Positions 24,601 through 37,000 of a stretch of DNA of 64,000 nucleotides are shown here, piece after piece. Both the position numbers and the translations under genes were made by a program. The notes below the pieces were generated by a model, which did not search any database, had not been told where the DNA came from, and saw nothing but the letters and a program-made list of their open reading frames with translations. The DNA is from Macrostomum lignano (Eukaryota): contig NIVC01002063.1 in the NCBI GenBank assembly GCA_002269645.1, positions 62,001 to 126,000 on the forward strand, in the 5' to 3' direction. The first letter of the stretch is position 1, and the number at the start of each line of letters is the position of its first letter.

Positions 24601-27600
24601 CTCTGCTTCCCAGCATGGCCAATAGATACAGTCCCAGCACTGTCCCTTAAAATGGGTAATGGCTTCAAGTTTTACATCTAAATTACACTATGCTAGATGC
24701 TCCGAGCCCCCCGATAACCAAAGGCTAAAAGGCCGGATTTTATTAAACGAAGACTGAACAAAGAAAATTGCATGCAAGCTGCAGCCGGTAGAACTTGAAT
24801 TCGAATGAAAAACGTTCTTTATTAATATTCGTTTAGACCGTTAGACTTCTTGTATTGAAGTTATCATAAGTTTGTTGTCGTGTCTGGAGTCTCACTGCAG
24901 CACAAACTTCACCCAGTCGTCGCTGTTCTCGATCTGCTGCTCAACCTGGGCGTCACTGAACTGCAGCAGTCGGCACTGGCCGAGGGCTTTGTTGTACAGC
25001 ACGCTCCTGGTGTTCGGGACTTTGCCCAGTGCAGCTATGAGGCATTCAAGCACTTTGGTGACTTTATGCAGGTCGGTGTAACAGTACTGAGTGTTGTAGA
25101 GCGAAACTAGAGAAATCCGCGTCAGCGAGGTCGGTCACTCCGAGCCACAGTTGATTACCGCTGTCCATACTCGGCATGCTGCTGAGCAGTTTCAGAGTTT
25201 CGTACGAGTTGATGAGCTCACCTCCGATCGCTGCGCACTGCCGGTTGACCTCGCACCAGGTGAAATCTTTAGAATTGTTCACGAAGATGCACTTGCCGGC
25301 TTCGGTGTAAAACGGCGAAGGGCACGCGGCCTGCTGTTGGGATGAGCCAACTTGCATAAGCAGTAGCACTGCCATGCTAACAGTCAGAGTCAGCTCAGCA
25401 ATCATCATGGTGACTGGGGTGGCAATGCAGGTGCGCATTGGATATGCAGCATTCAAGCAAGCATTAAATAGTATTTTTCTTCTGCTCATTTCAATAATCG
25501 AGATCTTTTGTTTTGCGTCGGGCCAACAAAAAAACTGCCATATCCCAATGCCACTGCCTGGCATAACAGACAGAATTTCATTAGCTGAAAATCAACGAAG
25601 CTCTTTTCATCTTTGCCGACAGTGAATTATATCTACCGGTGGCTATTTATGTTTACATTTAGAATGAAAGAACCCTTGGCTTTTACTGATCAGTCAAGAC
25701 TGAGGAGTCATTTAGGGCTCCAATTGTTCGGCTTTCCTTTTTGACTATGCTGAGATGAAAAGAAAAAAAAACTCGTAATGGAATGCAGTTTTCCCTGAAA
25801 ATATGTTTTCGAAAGAAGACATTGTTTCTAAGACAAAAAATTTTGGTTGCCATGGCAACTAAAATTCCATTTTTATTACGTTTTCTCCCAAAATTGAATC
25901 GTAAAAATAAGTATTCATTATATCTGGACGTTAAATTATTAGTTATTAAGCTGATTCTCAATGTGGTTTAGGGGCGATTCTCAAGGTGGTTTAGGGGCGA
26001 TTCTCAAGGTGGTTTAGGGGCGATTCTCAAGGTGGTTTAGGGGCGATTCTCAAGGTGGTTTAGGGGCGATTCTCAAGGTGGTTTAGGGGCGATTCTCAAG
26101 GTGGTTTAGGGGCGATTCTCAAGGTGGTTTAGGGGCGATTCTCAAAGTAGTTTAGGGGCGATTCTCACGGTGGTTTAGGGGCGATTCTCAAGGTGGTTTA
26201 GGGGCGATTCTCAAGGTGGTTTGAAGGTGATTCTCAGGATGGTTGAAAGGCGATTCTCAGGATGGTTTGAAGGCGATTCTCAGGATGGTTTGGGGGCGAT
26301 TCTCAAGGTGGTTTAGGGGCGATTCTCAAGGTGGTTTGAAGGCGATTCTCAGGATCGTTGAAGGCGATTCTCAGGATGGTTTGGGGGCGATTCTCAAAGT
26401 GGTTTAGGGGCGATTCTCAGGATGGTTTGAAACGATTCTCAAGGTGGTTTGAAGGCGATTCTCAGGATGGTTTGAAGGCGATTCTCAGGATGGTTTGAAG
26501 GCGATTCTCAGGATGGTTTGAAGGCGATTCTCAGGATAGTTTGGGGGCGATTCTCAAGGTGGTTTAGGGGCGACTCTCAAGGTGGTTTGAAACGATTCTC
26601 AAGGTGGTTTAGGGGCGATTCTCAAGGTGGTTTAGGGGCGATTCTCAAGGTGGTATAGGGGCGATTCTCAAGGTGGTTTAGGGGCGATTCTCAAGGTGGT
26701 TTGAAGGTGATTCTCAGGATGGTTGAAAGGCGATTCTCAGGATGGGTTAAAGGCGATTCTCAGGATGGTTTGGGGGCGATTCTCAAGGTGGTTTAGGGGC
26801 GACTCTCAAGGTGGTTTGGGGGCGATTCTCAAGGTGGTTTGAAGGCGATTCTCAGGATCGTTGAAGGCGATTCTCAGGATGGTTTGGGGGCGATTCTCAA
26901 AGTGGTTTAGGGGCGATTCTCAGGATGGTTTGAAGGCGATTCTCAGGATGGTTTGAAGGTGATTCTCAGGATGGTTGAAAGGCGATTCTCAGGATGGTTT
27001 GAAGGCGATTATCAGGATGGTTTGAAGGCGATTATCAGGATGGTTTGAAGGCGATTCTCAGGATAGTTTGGGGGCGATTCTCAAGGTGGTTTAGGGGCGA
27101 CTCTCAAGGTGGTTTGAAACGATTCTCAAGGTGGTTTAGGGGCGATTCTCAAGGTGGTTTAGGGGCGATTCTCAAGGTGGTTTAGGGGCGATTCTCAAGG
27201 TGGTTTAGGGGCGATTCTCAAAGTAGTTTAGGGGCGATTCTCACGGTGGTTTAGGGGCGATTCTCAAGGTGGTTTAGGGGCGATTCTCAAGGTGGTTTGA
27301 AGGTGATTCTCAGGATGGTTGAAAGGCGATTCTCAGGATGGTTTGAAGGCGATTCTCAGGATGGTTTGGGGGCGATTCTCAAGGTGGTTTAGGGGCGATT
27401 CTCAAGGTGGTTTGAAGGCGAGTCTCAGGATCGTTGAAGGCGATTCTCAGGATGGTTTGGGGGCGATTCTCAAAGTGGTTTAGGGGCGATTCTCAGGATG
27501 GTTTGAAGGCGATTCTCAAAGTGGTTTAGGGGCGATTCTCTAGGTGGTTTGAAACGATTCTCAAGGTGGTTTGAAGGCGATTCTCAGGATGGTTTGAAGG

Positions 27601-30600
27601 CGATTATCAGGATGGTTTGAAGGCGATTCTCAGGATGGTTTGAAGGCGATTCTCAGGATAGTTTGGGGGCGATTCTCAAGGTGGTTTAGGGGCGACTCTC
27701 AAGGTGGTTTGAAACGATTCTCAAGGTGGTTTAGGGGCGATTCTCAAGGTGGTTTAGGGGCGATTCTCAAGGTGGTTTAGGGGCGATTCTCAAGGTGGTT
27801 TAGGGGCGATTCTCAAGGTGGTTTGAAGGTGATTCTCAGGATGGTTGAAAGGCGATTCTCAGGATGGGTTAAAGGCGATTCTCAGAATGGTTTTTAGGCG
27901 ATTCTCAGGATGGTTTTAAGGCGATTCTCAGGATGGTTTGGGGGCGATTCTCAAGGTGGTTTAGGGGCGATTCTCAGGATGGTTTGAAGGTGATTCTCAG
28001 GATGGTTTGAAGGCGATTATCAGGATGGTTTGAAGGTGATTCTCAGGATGGTTTGAAGGTGATTCTCAGGATGGTTGAAAGGCGATTCTCAGGATGGGTT
28101 AAAGGCGATTCTCAGAATGGTTTTTAGGCGATTCTCAGGATGGTTTGAAGGCGATTCTCAGGATGGTTTGAAGGCGATTCTCAGGATGGTTTGAAGGCGA
28201 TTCTCAGGATAGTTTGGGGGCGATTCTCAAGGTGGTTTAGGGGCGACTCTCAAGGTGGTTTGAAACGATTCTCAAGGTGGTTTAGGGGCGATTCTCAAGG
28301 TGGTTTAGGGGCGATTCTCAAGGTGGTTTAGGGGCGATTCTCAAGGTGGTTTAGGGGCGATTCTCAAGGTGGTTTGAAGGTGATTCTCAGGATGGTTGAA
28401 AGGCGATTCTCAGGATGGGTTAAAGGCGATTCTCAGGATGGTTTGAAGGCGATTATCAGGATGGTTTGAAGGCGATTCTCAGGATGGTTTTAAGGCGATT
28501 CTCAGGATGGGTTGAAGGCGATTCTCAGGATGGTTTGAAGGCGATTCTCAGGATGGTTTTAAGGCGATTCTCAGGATGGGTTGAAGGCGATTCTCAGGAT
28601 GGGTTGAAGGCGATTCTCAGGATGGTTTTAAGGCGATTCTCAGGATGGGTTGAAGGCGATTCTCAGGATGGTTTGAAGGCGATTATCAGGATGGTTTGAA
28701 GGCGATTATCAGGATGGTTTGAAGGCGATTATCAGGATGGCTGGCTTAAAGGAAGACAAGAAGCAACATGACTGCAAGAAACCCACCAGTTCAGACACGT
28801 CGCCAACAATGACATCGTCCTGGCGGCAGCAGATCTGATCCTTCAGATCAGCCAGAGTGTGCCGGGCTCGCAGCAGAATGAGCTGGCTGCAGCGCAGGTA
28901 GTTAGCAAAGGACCTGGCCACACCGCGCCCTCCAACATCTGGCAGGGGAACGTACACCCGAACAGTCACTAGAAGGTCGTCCATCTCGCTAGGCGACAGA
29001 GGCTTAGCGAACTGCTTGACTGGCAGACTGGCTCTGTCGTGAGCGCACAGCAGTTCTATAGCGGGAAGCCGATCCCTGTTGTTGAGGAATCCTGACGCTG
29101 CTTTGGACAGCGGCTCCGAGTTTTGGCGCAACCTTCTCAGCGTTGCCAATGTTGAAATTTGATGGCGCGGATTGCGCAGAGAATTTGGGCTGAGGAAGCT
29201 GCACAGACCTGTGGGATTCGGGATGGCGCTGTGGGATTAAATATGAGGGATTTTGAAAGGCTTCAGATACAATGGGATTTGGGAAGAAATAGGATTTTAC
29301 AATAGGATTTGAAAAAGATGGATTTTTACAATGGGATTAGGGAAGAAATGGGATTTTACAATGGGATTTTACAATGGGATTTGTGAAGAAATGGGATTTT
29401 ACAATGGGATTTGGGAAGAAATGGGATTGTACAATGGAATTTGGGAAGAAATGGGATTTTACAATGGGATTTGGGAAGAAATGGGATTTTACAATGGGAT
29501 TTGGGAAGAAATGGGATTTTACAATGGGATTTGGGAAGAAATGGGATTTTACAATGGGATTTGGGAGAAATGGGATTGTACAATGGAATTTGGGAAGAAA
29601 TGGGATTTTACAATGGGATTTGGGAAGAAATGGGATTGTACAATGGAATTTGGGAAGAAATGGGATTTTACAATGCGATTTGGGAAGAAATGGGATTTTA
29701 CAATGGAATTTGGGAAGAAATGGGATTTTACAATGGGATTTGGGAAGAAATGGGACTCTACAATGGGATTTGGGAAGAAAATGGGATTTGGGAAGAAATG
29801 GGATTTTACAATAGGATTTGGGAAGAAATGGGATTTTATAATGGAATTTGGAAAGAAATGGGATTTTACAATGGAATTTGGGAAGAAATGGGATTTGGGA
29901 AGAAATGGGACTCTACAATGGGATTTGGGAAGAAATGGGACTTTACAATGGGATTTGGGAAGAAATGGGACTCTAAAATGGGATTTGGGAAGAAATGGGA
30001 CTTTACAATACAATGGAATTTGGGAAGAAATGGGATTTTACAATAGGATTTGGGAAGAAATGGGACTTTATAATGGGATTTGAGAAACGGGATTCGACAT
30101 GGAAAGGGATTTTATTCTACAATGGGATTGAGGATGAGATGGGATTTTTACGGTGGGACGAGAAATGGGAAGAAATTATGGCTCTTCACCCAATAATACA
30201 TGTACATGCAATATTTGCGAGCACCCTGGAGCAAAGCCTTTGGCGACCTCGTCACACAACCAGCTAGCGGTGAGGCAGTTCTGCCCATTCCACAGACTCC
30301 TTAGCACATACAAGCGCCCCAATACTGTACGCAGGCACGAGCTCACACCGGGTGTAGTTTAATTTGGGAAGTAGAGACTTTAGGCTGAGCAGAGACGGAA
30401 ACAGTGATGAAGCATAGATCCAGTCTCACCCGTCAGGGCGGCATGGTTACTAGCGTCATCAGCCTCGGCAGCGGCATCGAGCAGGTCCCGCCTGACGGCA
30501 TCCGGGTTGCACTCGGAAGCCAGGGCAGTCACGTCAACGTCGGGAAATTCTCGAGTCAGCTCCGAGAGCAGCTGAGATTGCACAGCCGCTTCAGCTGTCG

Positions 30601-30751
30601 CCGTTGCAGTCTCCGTCGCCGTAGACGAAGTGGTTGAATCTGGAAACACCTCAGAGGCGGCATTCTGCATAGCCAATAGTAGTTGACGAAGGTTCAACCA
30701 ATCGGAATGAGGATGAATTGAGGTTTCGTCCTGAGGCTTAGTGTCAGACAT
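21643..30751 (-). CDS. SNAPC3: snRNA-activating protein complex subunit 3 (SNAP50/PBP49)
   Basis: Exons 30751-30430, 29208-28787 and 22200-21643 join in frame (phases 1, 0) to about 433 aa. Exon 2 has LLVTVRVY...SQLILLRARHTLADLKDQICCRQD. Exon 3 has YDDCR..LSATVLKW...LRLGELYLYQHAANCEHIIVFSDVSL...CQLC...CIDC, matching the SNAP50 C-terminal zinc-binding domain (human [24 protein letters not shown]). Confidence 0.9.
22222..24110. repeat. Higher-order minisatellite, ~44-46 bp dimer of two GCGATT-containing ~23-mers
   Basis: GCGATTCTTAAAGTGGTCTAAAA alternates with GCGATTGCCAAAGACATTTAGGG. Confidence 0.95.
24375..24602 (-). mobile_element. tRNA-derived CORE(MIR)-like SINE, family B, second copy
   Basis: The reverse complement aligns end to end with 15608-15850. 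Confidence 0.8.
24892..25408 (-). pseudogene. Intronless secreted C-type lectin domain plus PAN/Apple-like domain gene, internally deleted and frameshifted; nested in SNAPC3 intron 2
   Basis: From ATG 25408: a signal-peptide-like MMIAELTLTVSMAVLLLMQVGSS, then CPSPFYTEAGKCIFV...TWCEVNRQCAAIGGEL...LWLGVTDL (first half of a CTLD). After a +1 shift near 25110-25130 the frame reads YNTQYCYTDLHKVTKVLECLIA...SVLYNKALGQCRLL...DWVKFVLQ-stop (PAN-like). The second half of the CTLD is missing. Confidence 0.65.
25962..28740. repeat. Minisatellite, 23-bp unit (GGCGATTCTCAAGGTGGTTTAGG and variants) with block duplications
   Basis: Directly visible; related to the 22222-24110 array. Confidence 0.95.
29270..30175. 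repeat. Minisatellite, 30-bp unit (TGGGATTTGGGAAGAAATGGGATTTTACAA)
   Basis: Directly visible. Confidence 0.93.
30220..30360 (-). mobile_element. Headless fragment of the SINE family A central domain (SNAPC3 intron 1)
   Basis: CTGCCCATTCC...CAAGCGCCCCAATACTGTACGCAGGCAC is the reverse complement of the same core. Confidence 0.6.
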
Positions 30752-30879
30752 TGTTGCGTTGAGATTGATACAGTTCTTCTTTGCATAAAATATTGTAAAT
30801 GCAAAATAAATATTGAACATATTTAGGAATTACAAAGACAAATTACTGTTGCGCATTCTTTGGGACTTCTTAGAATGGT

Positions 30880-31706
30880 TTGGTTCGTATGTACATTTGG
30901 GTTGGGTTGGGTATTATATGTACATAGGAGTAGAGATAGAATTGGCCTTAAGTGTATACATTGGGGTAGGGATAGGGTTGGCCTCGAGTGTACATCGGGG
31001 TAGGGATGGGGTTGGCCTCGACTGTACATTAGGTAGCGATGGATGAGTGTACATCGGGGTAGGGATAGGGCTTGCCTCGAGTGTACATTCGGGTAGCGAT
31101 GGGGTGGATGTACATCGGGGTAGGGATGGGGTTGGCCACAACTGTACATTAGGTAGCGATGGGTGAGTGTACATCGGGGTGAGGATAGGGCTTGCCTCGA
31201 GTGTACATTCAGGTAGCGATGGGGTGGGTGTACATTGGGGTAGGGATAGGGCTTGCCTCGAGTGTACATTCAGGTAGCGATGGGGTGGGTGTACATTGGG
31301 GTAGGGATAGGGCTTGCCTCGAGTGTACATTCAGGTAGCGATGGGTGAGTGTCCATCGAAGTAGGGATGAGGTTGGCCACAACTGTACATTAGGTAGCGA
31401 TGGGTAAGTGTACATCGGGGTAGGGATGGGGTTGGCCACAACTGTACATTAGGTAGCGATGGATGAGTGTACATCGGGGTAAGGATGGGGTTGGCCTCGA
31501 CTGTACATTAGGTAGCGATGGATGAGTGTACATCGGGGTAAGGATGGGGTTGGCCTCGACTGTACATTAGGTAGCGATGGATGAGTGTACATCGGGGTAA
31601 GGATGGGGTTGGCTTCGACTGTTCATTAGGTAGCGATGGATGAGTGTATATTGGGGTAGGGATAGGGCTTGCCTCGAGTGTACATTCGGGTAGCGATGGG
31701 GTGGGT
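30880..31706. repeat. Composite minisatellite (GTGTACATTGGGGTAGGGATAGG.. / GTACATTAGGTAGCGATGG) in the SNAPC4-SNAPC3 spacer
   Basis: Directly visible. Confidence 0.9.
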
Positions 31707-32411
31707 CTTGGGTCTTTTGGGCCTGTTTTATGACAAATAATTCAATCAGTAATAAAATTTACGATTGCTATATTATATAAAAAATTATGACTGTGACTGC
31801 ATCTCAGATTAATTTGTGCTTGTGATCAAACACACTGAATACAGATGGAGATTGTTAAAATGCCTTTATTATATGGGAGAAACAATGCAAGGTAAAAAAT
31901 AAATTTTTTTGAGAGGAAAACAGCGACGCCACGATAGAAAACAAATTACAACACGAACAAATATTATTAGCGCTGGCATAAACTACGCATTTAATAATAT
32001 TACGCTAATAGTAAATAGAAAATTAACTTGCAATTTAATGAATTTGGACAGAAACTGTTAGTCTGCTATGCCTTATCTTAAAATTTACACTGTTGGAAGT
32101 CGCTAGGAAAAACTTGAAACCTCCTTACTAGAATGTACTTTTAGAAAACCCAATAGAAAACACTTGCAGCTTTTATCTAATATGTACTTTTCTAATAATT
32201 GGTAGATCGCAACCTTCTTTTAATTAAAATTTTCCATTTGAAGAAACCCAGAACATACTTGCAAGCACATTTAAATGAGAATGTACTTTTTAAGGTAATA
32301 AACAAGATTAAATATAAGTGTCTTGAGGCATGAAATACTTTGCAATGTCCCTGCCCCCAGTATACAAAGAATTGTTTTCAATATCCATTAAATTCACTTT
32401 AACAGTCAGAG

Positions 32412-33958
32412 TTAGGAGTCAATAGCAGCTTCATCTTTTTGATCAGCATCATGTCCAGCGGCAGCAGCCTCAGACTGTGGCAGCAGGCAAGACTGAGGCC
32501 GATAGCCCATAGCAACCAGTTGCAACAGTTCGCTAGGCACAGTAATCCATTCACCGTTGCCAAGAGCAACGTTAACTAATGAATCTAATCGATAATCTCC
32601 AACAACGCATTCGGTTTTGAATTGTTGCAGGTCTTTAGCTGTTAATCGTTTGCGGTTCGAATGATTTGGGCTCAGCTCCTTCTGTTGCTGCTGCAGTTGA
32701 TTCTTCTTTTCTCTTTGAAGTCGCCGTTCGCTCATTTTGCCGACGCAACGCGCGTGAGACGAGTTGGCCGGCACCAAGTGTTTGGGTTTGGGCAGCAGGA
32801 AATGCCGCGGATCAAGTAGGGAGCGCATGCTGCTGACCGCGACGCCGCGGGAGGCGTTGCCGCCGCCGCCGCGGTTCAACTCGGACCGGTCGGCTCGGGC
32901 AGTCAAATGCGACGCAGGCCGATGTTCAACCAGCTGTTGTTGTCGAGTTTCGCTAGCCGCGACATCGTCGTCAAACGATTCTAATTGCAGCTCCTCTTGG
33001 CTGAGAAAGTCCGGAGCTCGAGCCCGACAATCGGCGAAGCTCATGCCGGACAGCACAGCTGGCCAAGCGAATAGCCGGTGAAACTTGTCGCCTAATTCTT
33101 GCCAGCCCCTGTCAACATCGTTGTCGTCGTCGTCACCTGCGTCCATCGACTGTCGGAGCAGCCGCTCGCGACTGCTCAACAGGCGCAGAAACGCCGACGC
33201 TGTTGACATATTTAACGGCATCGGCGGCGCGTCGGTGTCGGCCAGGTAGACGCGGAAGAATTCCGACACTCGCTGGGCGCAGTTGCGTCGCAGTTTCAGC
33301 AGGTCGCCGCCCGACGAATCGCCGAGAATGCGACAGACAGGCGGCAGGCGGTAGCGACGAACTGGCAGGTCGAGTAGGCGAGTTTTTGTTGCCAGGCGGC
33401 TGGCTATTCGATTGGCCAGAGCTCGCTTGGCGACAGCGTCAGGCGTGTCGTCCTTCGGAGCATCGATCAATTCTGCGGCGGTGACGTCACCGTCTTCTTC
33501 GACATCGTCGTCGTCGTCTACCAGCATGGTGACGTCATCCGTCTCTTTTTCAACAAACGCGCTATCAGAAACGTCATCGTCGGCGTCCAAATCGACGTTT
33601 GGCTCGACGGCGGGGTCAGGTCGGTGTCGCTTCTTCGGTCGAGTCGATTCGTCGCCCTCGAAAGTCGCTGAGGCCGTTGCTGCCGTTAAGCGCCGTTTTT
33701 TAGCGGCCTGCGCCGATTTTAAAGACGCTGGCAAGGTCGGCGGCGGCTCCTTTGGCGCTGCTGTGGACGTCGAGGCCACATCGGGATGGGCGGCGTTGGT
33801 TGCGGCCCCGGACGACTGCTTGGATGGCGATGAGGCGAGCGACTGCAAAGGAAGCAGATTATGATAGGGTGCACGTTTTTTCCACTGATTGCTTACCTAA
33901 GGCAGACAAAGCAGTGCGGGCCTGACACTAAGACAGACACTGAGACAGACAGACACTA

Positions 33959-34011
<53 letters not shown>

Positions 34012-34014
34012 CTA

Positions 34015-34063
<49 letters not shown>

Positions 34064-37000
34064 CTAAGACAGACACTAAGACAGACAGACACACAGACAG
34101 ACAGACAGACACAGACAGACAGACAGAGAGACAGACAGAGAGACAGACAGACAGACAGCTAATGTAACAGAAGAGCCTCACCAGAATGGACTGAACAATC
34201 TGTGGCACCATAGCCCTGTACTGGCGCACGGTTTTGCACCGATCGAAGCGAGTTTTCAGCTGCGGCGCCTCCATAGCCGTCTGCAAAGTGAGCCACAGTC
34301 GGTCCTCAGACTCCGGCAGCAGTAGTTCGCGCAAGCGCAGTCGAGTTGCCTCGTCGAAATTTTGCCGATTTACCGACTGCGTCAAAGCGGAAACAATCGG
34401 CCGCCACAGGGCCGCCTTCGCAGTGGCATCTCGTCGGAGTTTTTCAAGTTTGAAACGACTGTTGGTGACCTTGCCGGGCAGAGGGCGCGGCAGGAGAAAG
34501 CCTTCGTCAGCGTCCATTAGAAGCTGCGGGTGTTGTTCAGAACAGTCAGTAAAGAATGTGCAGTGTTTTTCTTCCTAGGTGTACACTATTTAGGGTTGTA
34601 GTGGTAAGGTACTGCCTGATAACTCTCTGCCCCAGATGTGCATTATCGGGGGTTGTGGGGGAAAGGGGTCTGCCTGATAACTCTGTGCCCCAGATGTGCA
34701 TTATCGGGGGTTGTGGGGGAAAGGGGTCTGCCTGATAACTCTCTGCCCAGATGTGCATTATCGGGGGTTGTGGGGGAAAGGGGTCTGGCTGATAACTCTC
34801 TGCCCCAGATGTGCATTATCGGGGGTTGTGGGGGAAAGGGGTCTGACTGATAACTCTCTGCCCCAGATGTGCATTATCGGGGGTTGTGGGGGAAAGGGGT
34901 CTGGCTGATAACTCTCTGCCCAGATGTGCATTATCGGGGGTTGTGGGGGAAAGGGGTCTGGCTGATAACTCTCTGCCCCAGATGTGCATTATCGGGGGTT
35001 GTGGGGGAAAGGGGTCTGGCTGATAACTCTCTGCCCCAGATGTGCATTATCGGGGGTTGTGGGGGAAAGGGGTCTGGCTGATAACTCTCTGCCCCAGATG
35101 TGCATTATCGGGGGTTGTGGGGGAAAGGGGTCTGGCTGATAACTCTCTGCCCCAGATTTGCAGGAGGATAGGAGACGGCTGGCTGAAAATTCCCAGCCCC
35201 CCTCCAAATAACAGACAAACCTGCGACAGCTCCTCCTTTGACGCAGCAGTTGGCTCCTGTTTTAATGTAGCTGCCACCTGCTGCTGCTGTTGGTCCCCTC
35301 CACTTCCGCCAGTTGAGTTGCAGTCGAGAAAGCCGCCACTAGCCAGCAGTTTAGCCATCAACGGCGTCCTTAGCAACAATCGCCGAGTGTCATCGCCAAC
35401 TCCAACAGAGGCTTTGACGCGTTCCCACACTAGGCTAGACAGCACCAGCTGGCGCCAACGCCAGGCTAAACCGGGCGCGCTTCTACCGGGAAACATTGAC
35501 AATAAATCAGTCCAGCAGATATTATAAACTTGAAGATCGATAAATTTTTGTACCGCCAATCGTATCGATTTCTGACTATGACCCTGGGCGATGTTCCGCT
35601 TGACGAGGTCTTGCAGACTGGTTGGCTGCGGCACCAGCAGGAAGAGGCGGCGGTCGTCTGCGTAGCTCCAAGGCGGCTGGTCTCGGGTGAGCAAGTGGTC
35701 CACGGCTTTGCGGCAGGCCAGGTCGGTGCTGCGCAGTGTCAGAAGGGGGGGGGGTAATGAGAGGCTTGGCGTGCGGGTCAGGGGAGAGGGAGATGGGGAA
35801 GAGCGAGATGGGGAGGAATAGGGAGAGGGAGAAGGAGAGGGGTGTTGATGGGGAGAGGGAGAGTAGGGAGAGAGACAAGGGAGAGGGAGACAAGAAAGAT
35901 GAAGAGAAGGGAGAGGGATAGAAGGAGGGATAAAGGAGGAGAGATAGAAGGAGAGATAGAAGGAGGGATAAAGGAGGGATAGGAGGAGGGATAAAGGAGG
36001 AGGGATAGGAGGAGGGATAAAGGAGGAGGGATAGGAGGGATAAAGGAGGAGGGATATGAGGGATAAAGGAGGGATAGGAGGAGGGATAAAGGAGGAGGGA
36101 TAGGAGGGATAGAAGGAGGGATATGAGGGATAAAGGAGGGATAGGAGGAGGGATAAAGGAGGAGGGATATGAGGGATAAAGGAGGGATAGGAGGAGGGAT
36201 AAAGGAGGAGGGATAGGAGGGATAGAAGGAGGGATAAAGGAGGAGAGATAGAAGGAGGGATAAAGGAGGGATAGGAGGAGGGATAAAGGAGGAGGGATAG
36301 GAGGGATAAAGGAGGAGGGATATGAGGGATAAAGGAGGGATAGGAGGAGGGATAAAGGAGGAGGGATAGGAGGGATAAAGGAGGAGGGATATGAGGGATA
36401 AAGGAGGGATAGGAGGAGGGATAAAGGAGGAGGGATAGGAGGGATAAAGGAGGAGGGATATGAGGGATAAAGGAGGGATAGGAGGAGGGATAAAGGAGGA
36501 GGGATAGGAGGGATAAAGGAGGAGGGATAGGAGGGATAAAGGAGGAGGGATATGAGGGATAAAGGAGGAGAGATAAAGGAGGAGGGATTGGAAGAGGAGA
36601 AATAGATGGAGGAGGAGGGAGACAAGGGAGAGGGAGAGGAGAGGGAGACGGAGGGAGATGGGGGAGGGAAGAGTGTAAATCGGGGATATGGTACAAAGAG
36701 AGAAGTGACAGGTGATGGAGTACAATTGCGGGCACATTAACAAACGATAAGTTATAAACAGAGCCTCAGAATAGAAAATGCAGTCAAACGATCTGGCGCA
36801 ATTAAAGAGTAAAAATTCAATTTAAGAAACACCCATAACCATGCCCAGCCGACTCACCGAGTGCCGACGTATTGAGCAATTCGAAAAAACCGAAACGGCC
36901 CGAACTGGTCAACTGCCATCAGCAGTCGCAGCCGATCGCTAGCAGGCCAATCATAACCCAAATCTGGAGCCAATGAGCGCCACAGCTCTGATGCAGCTCG

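Noticed and set aside
25962-28740. Interstitial telomeric repeat (TTAGGG occurs in the units)
   Set aside because: TTAGGG appears once per 23-bp unit, not as tandem hexamers.
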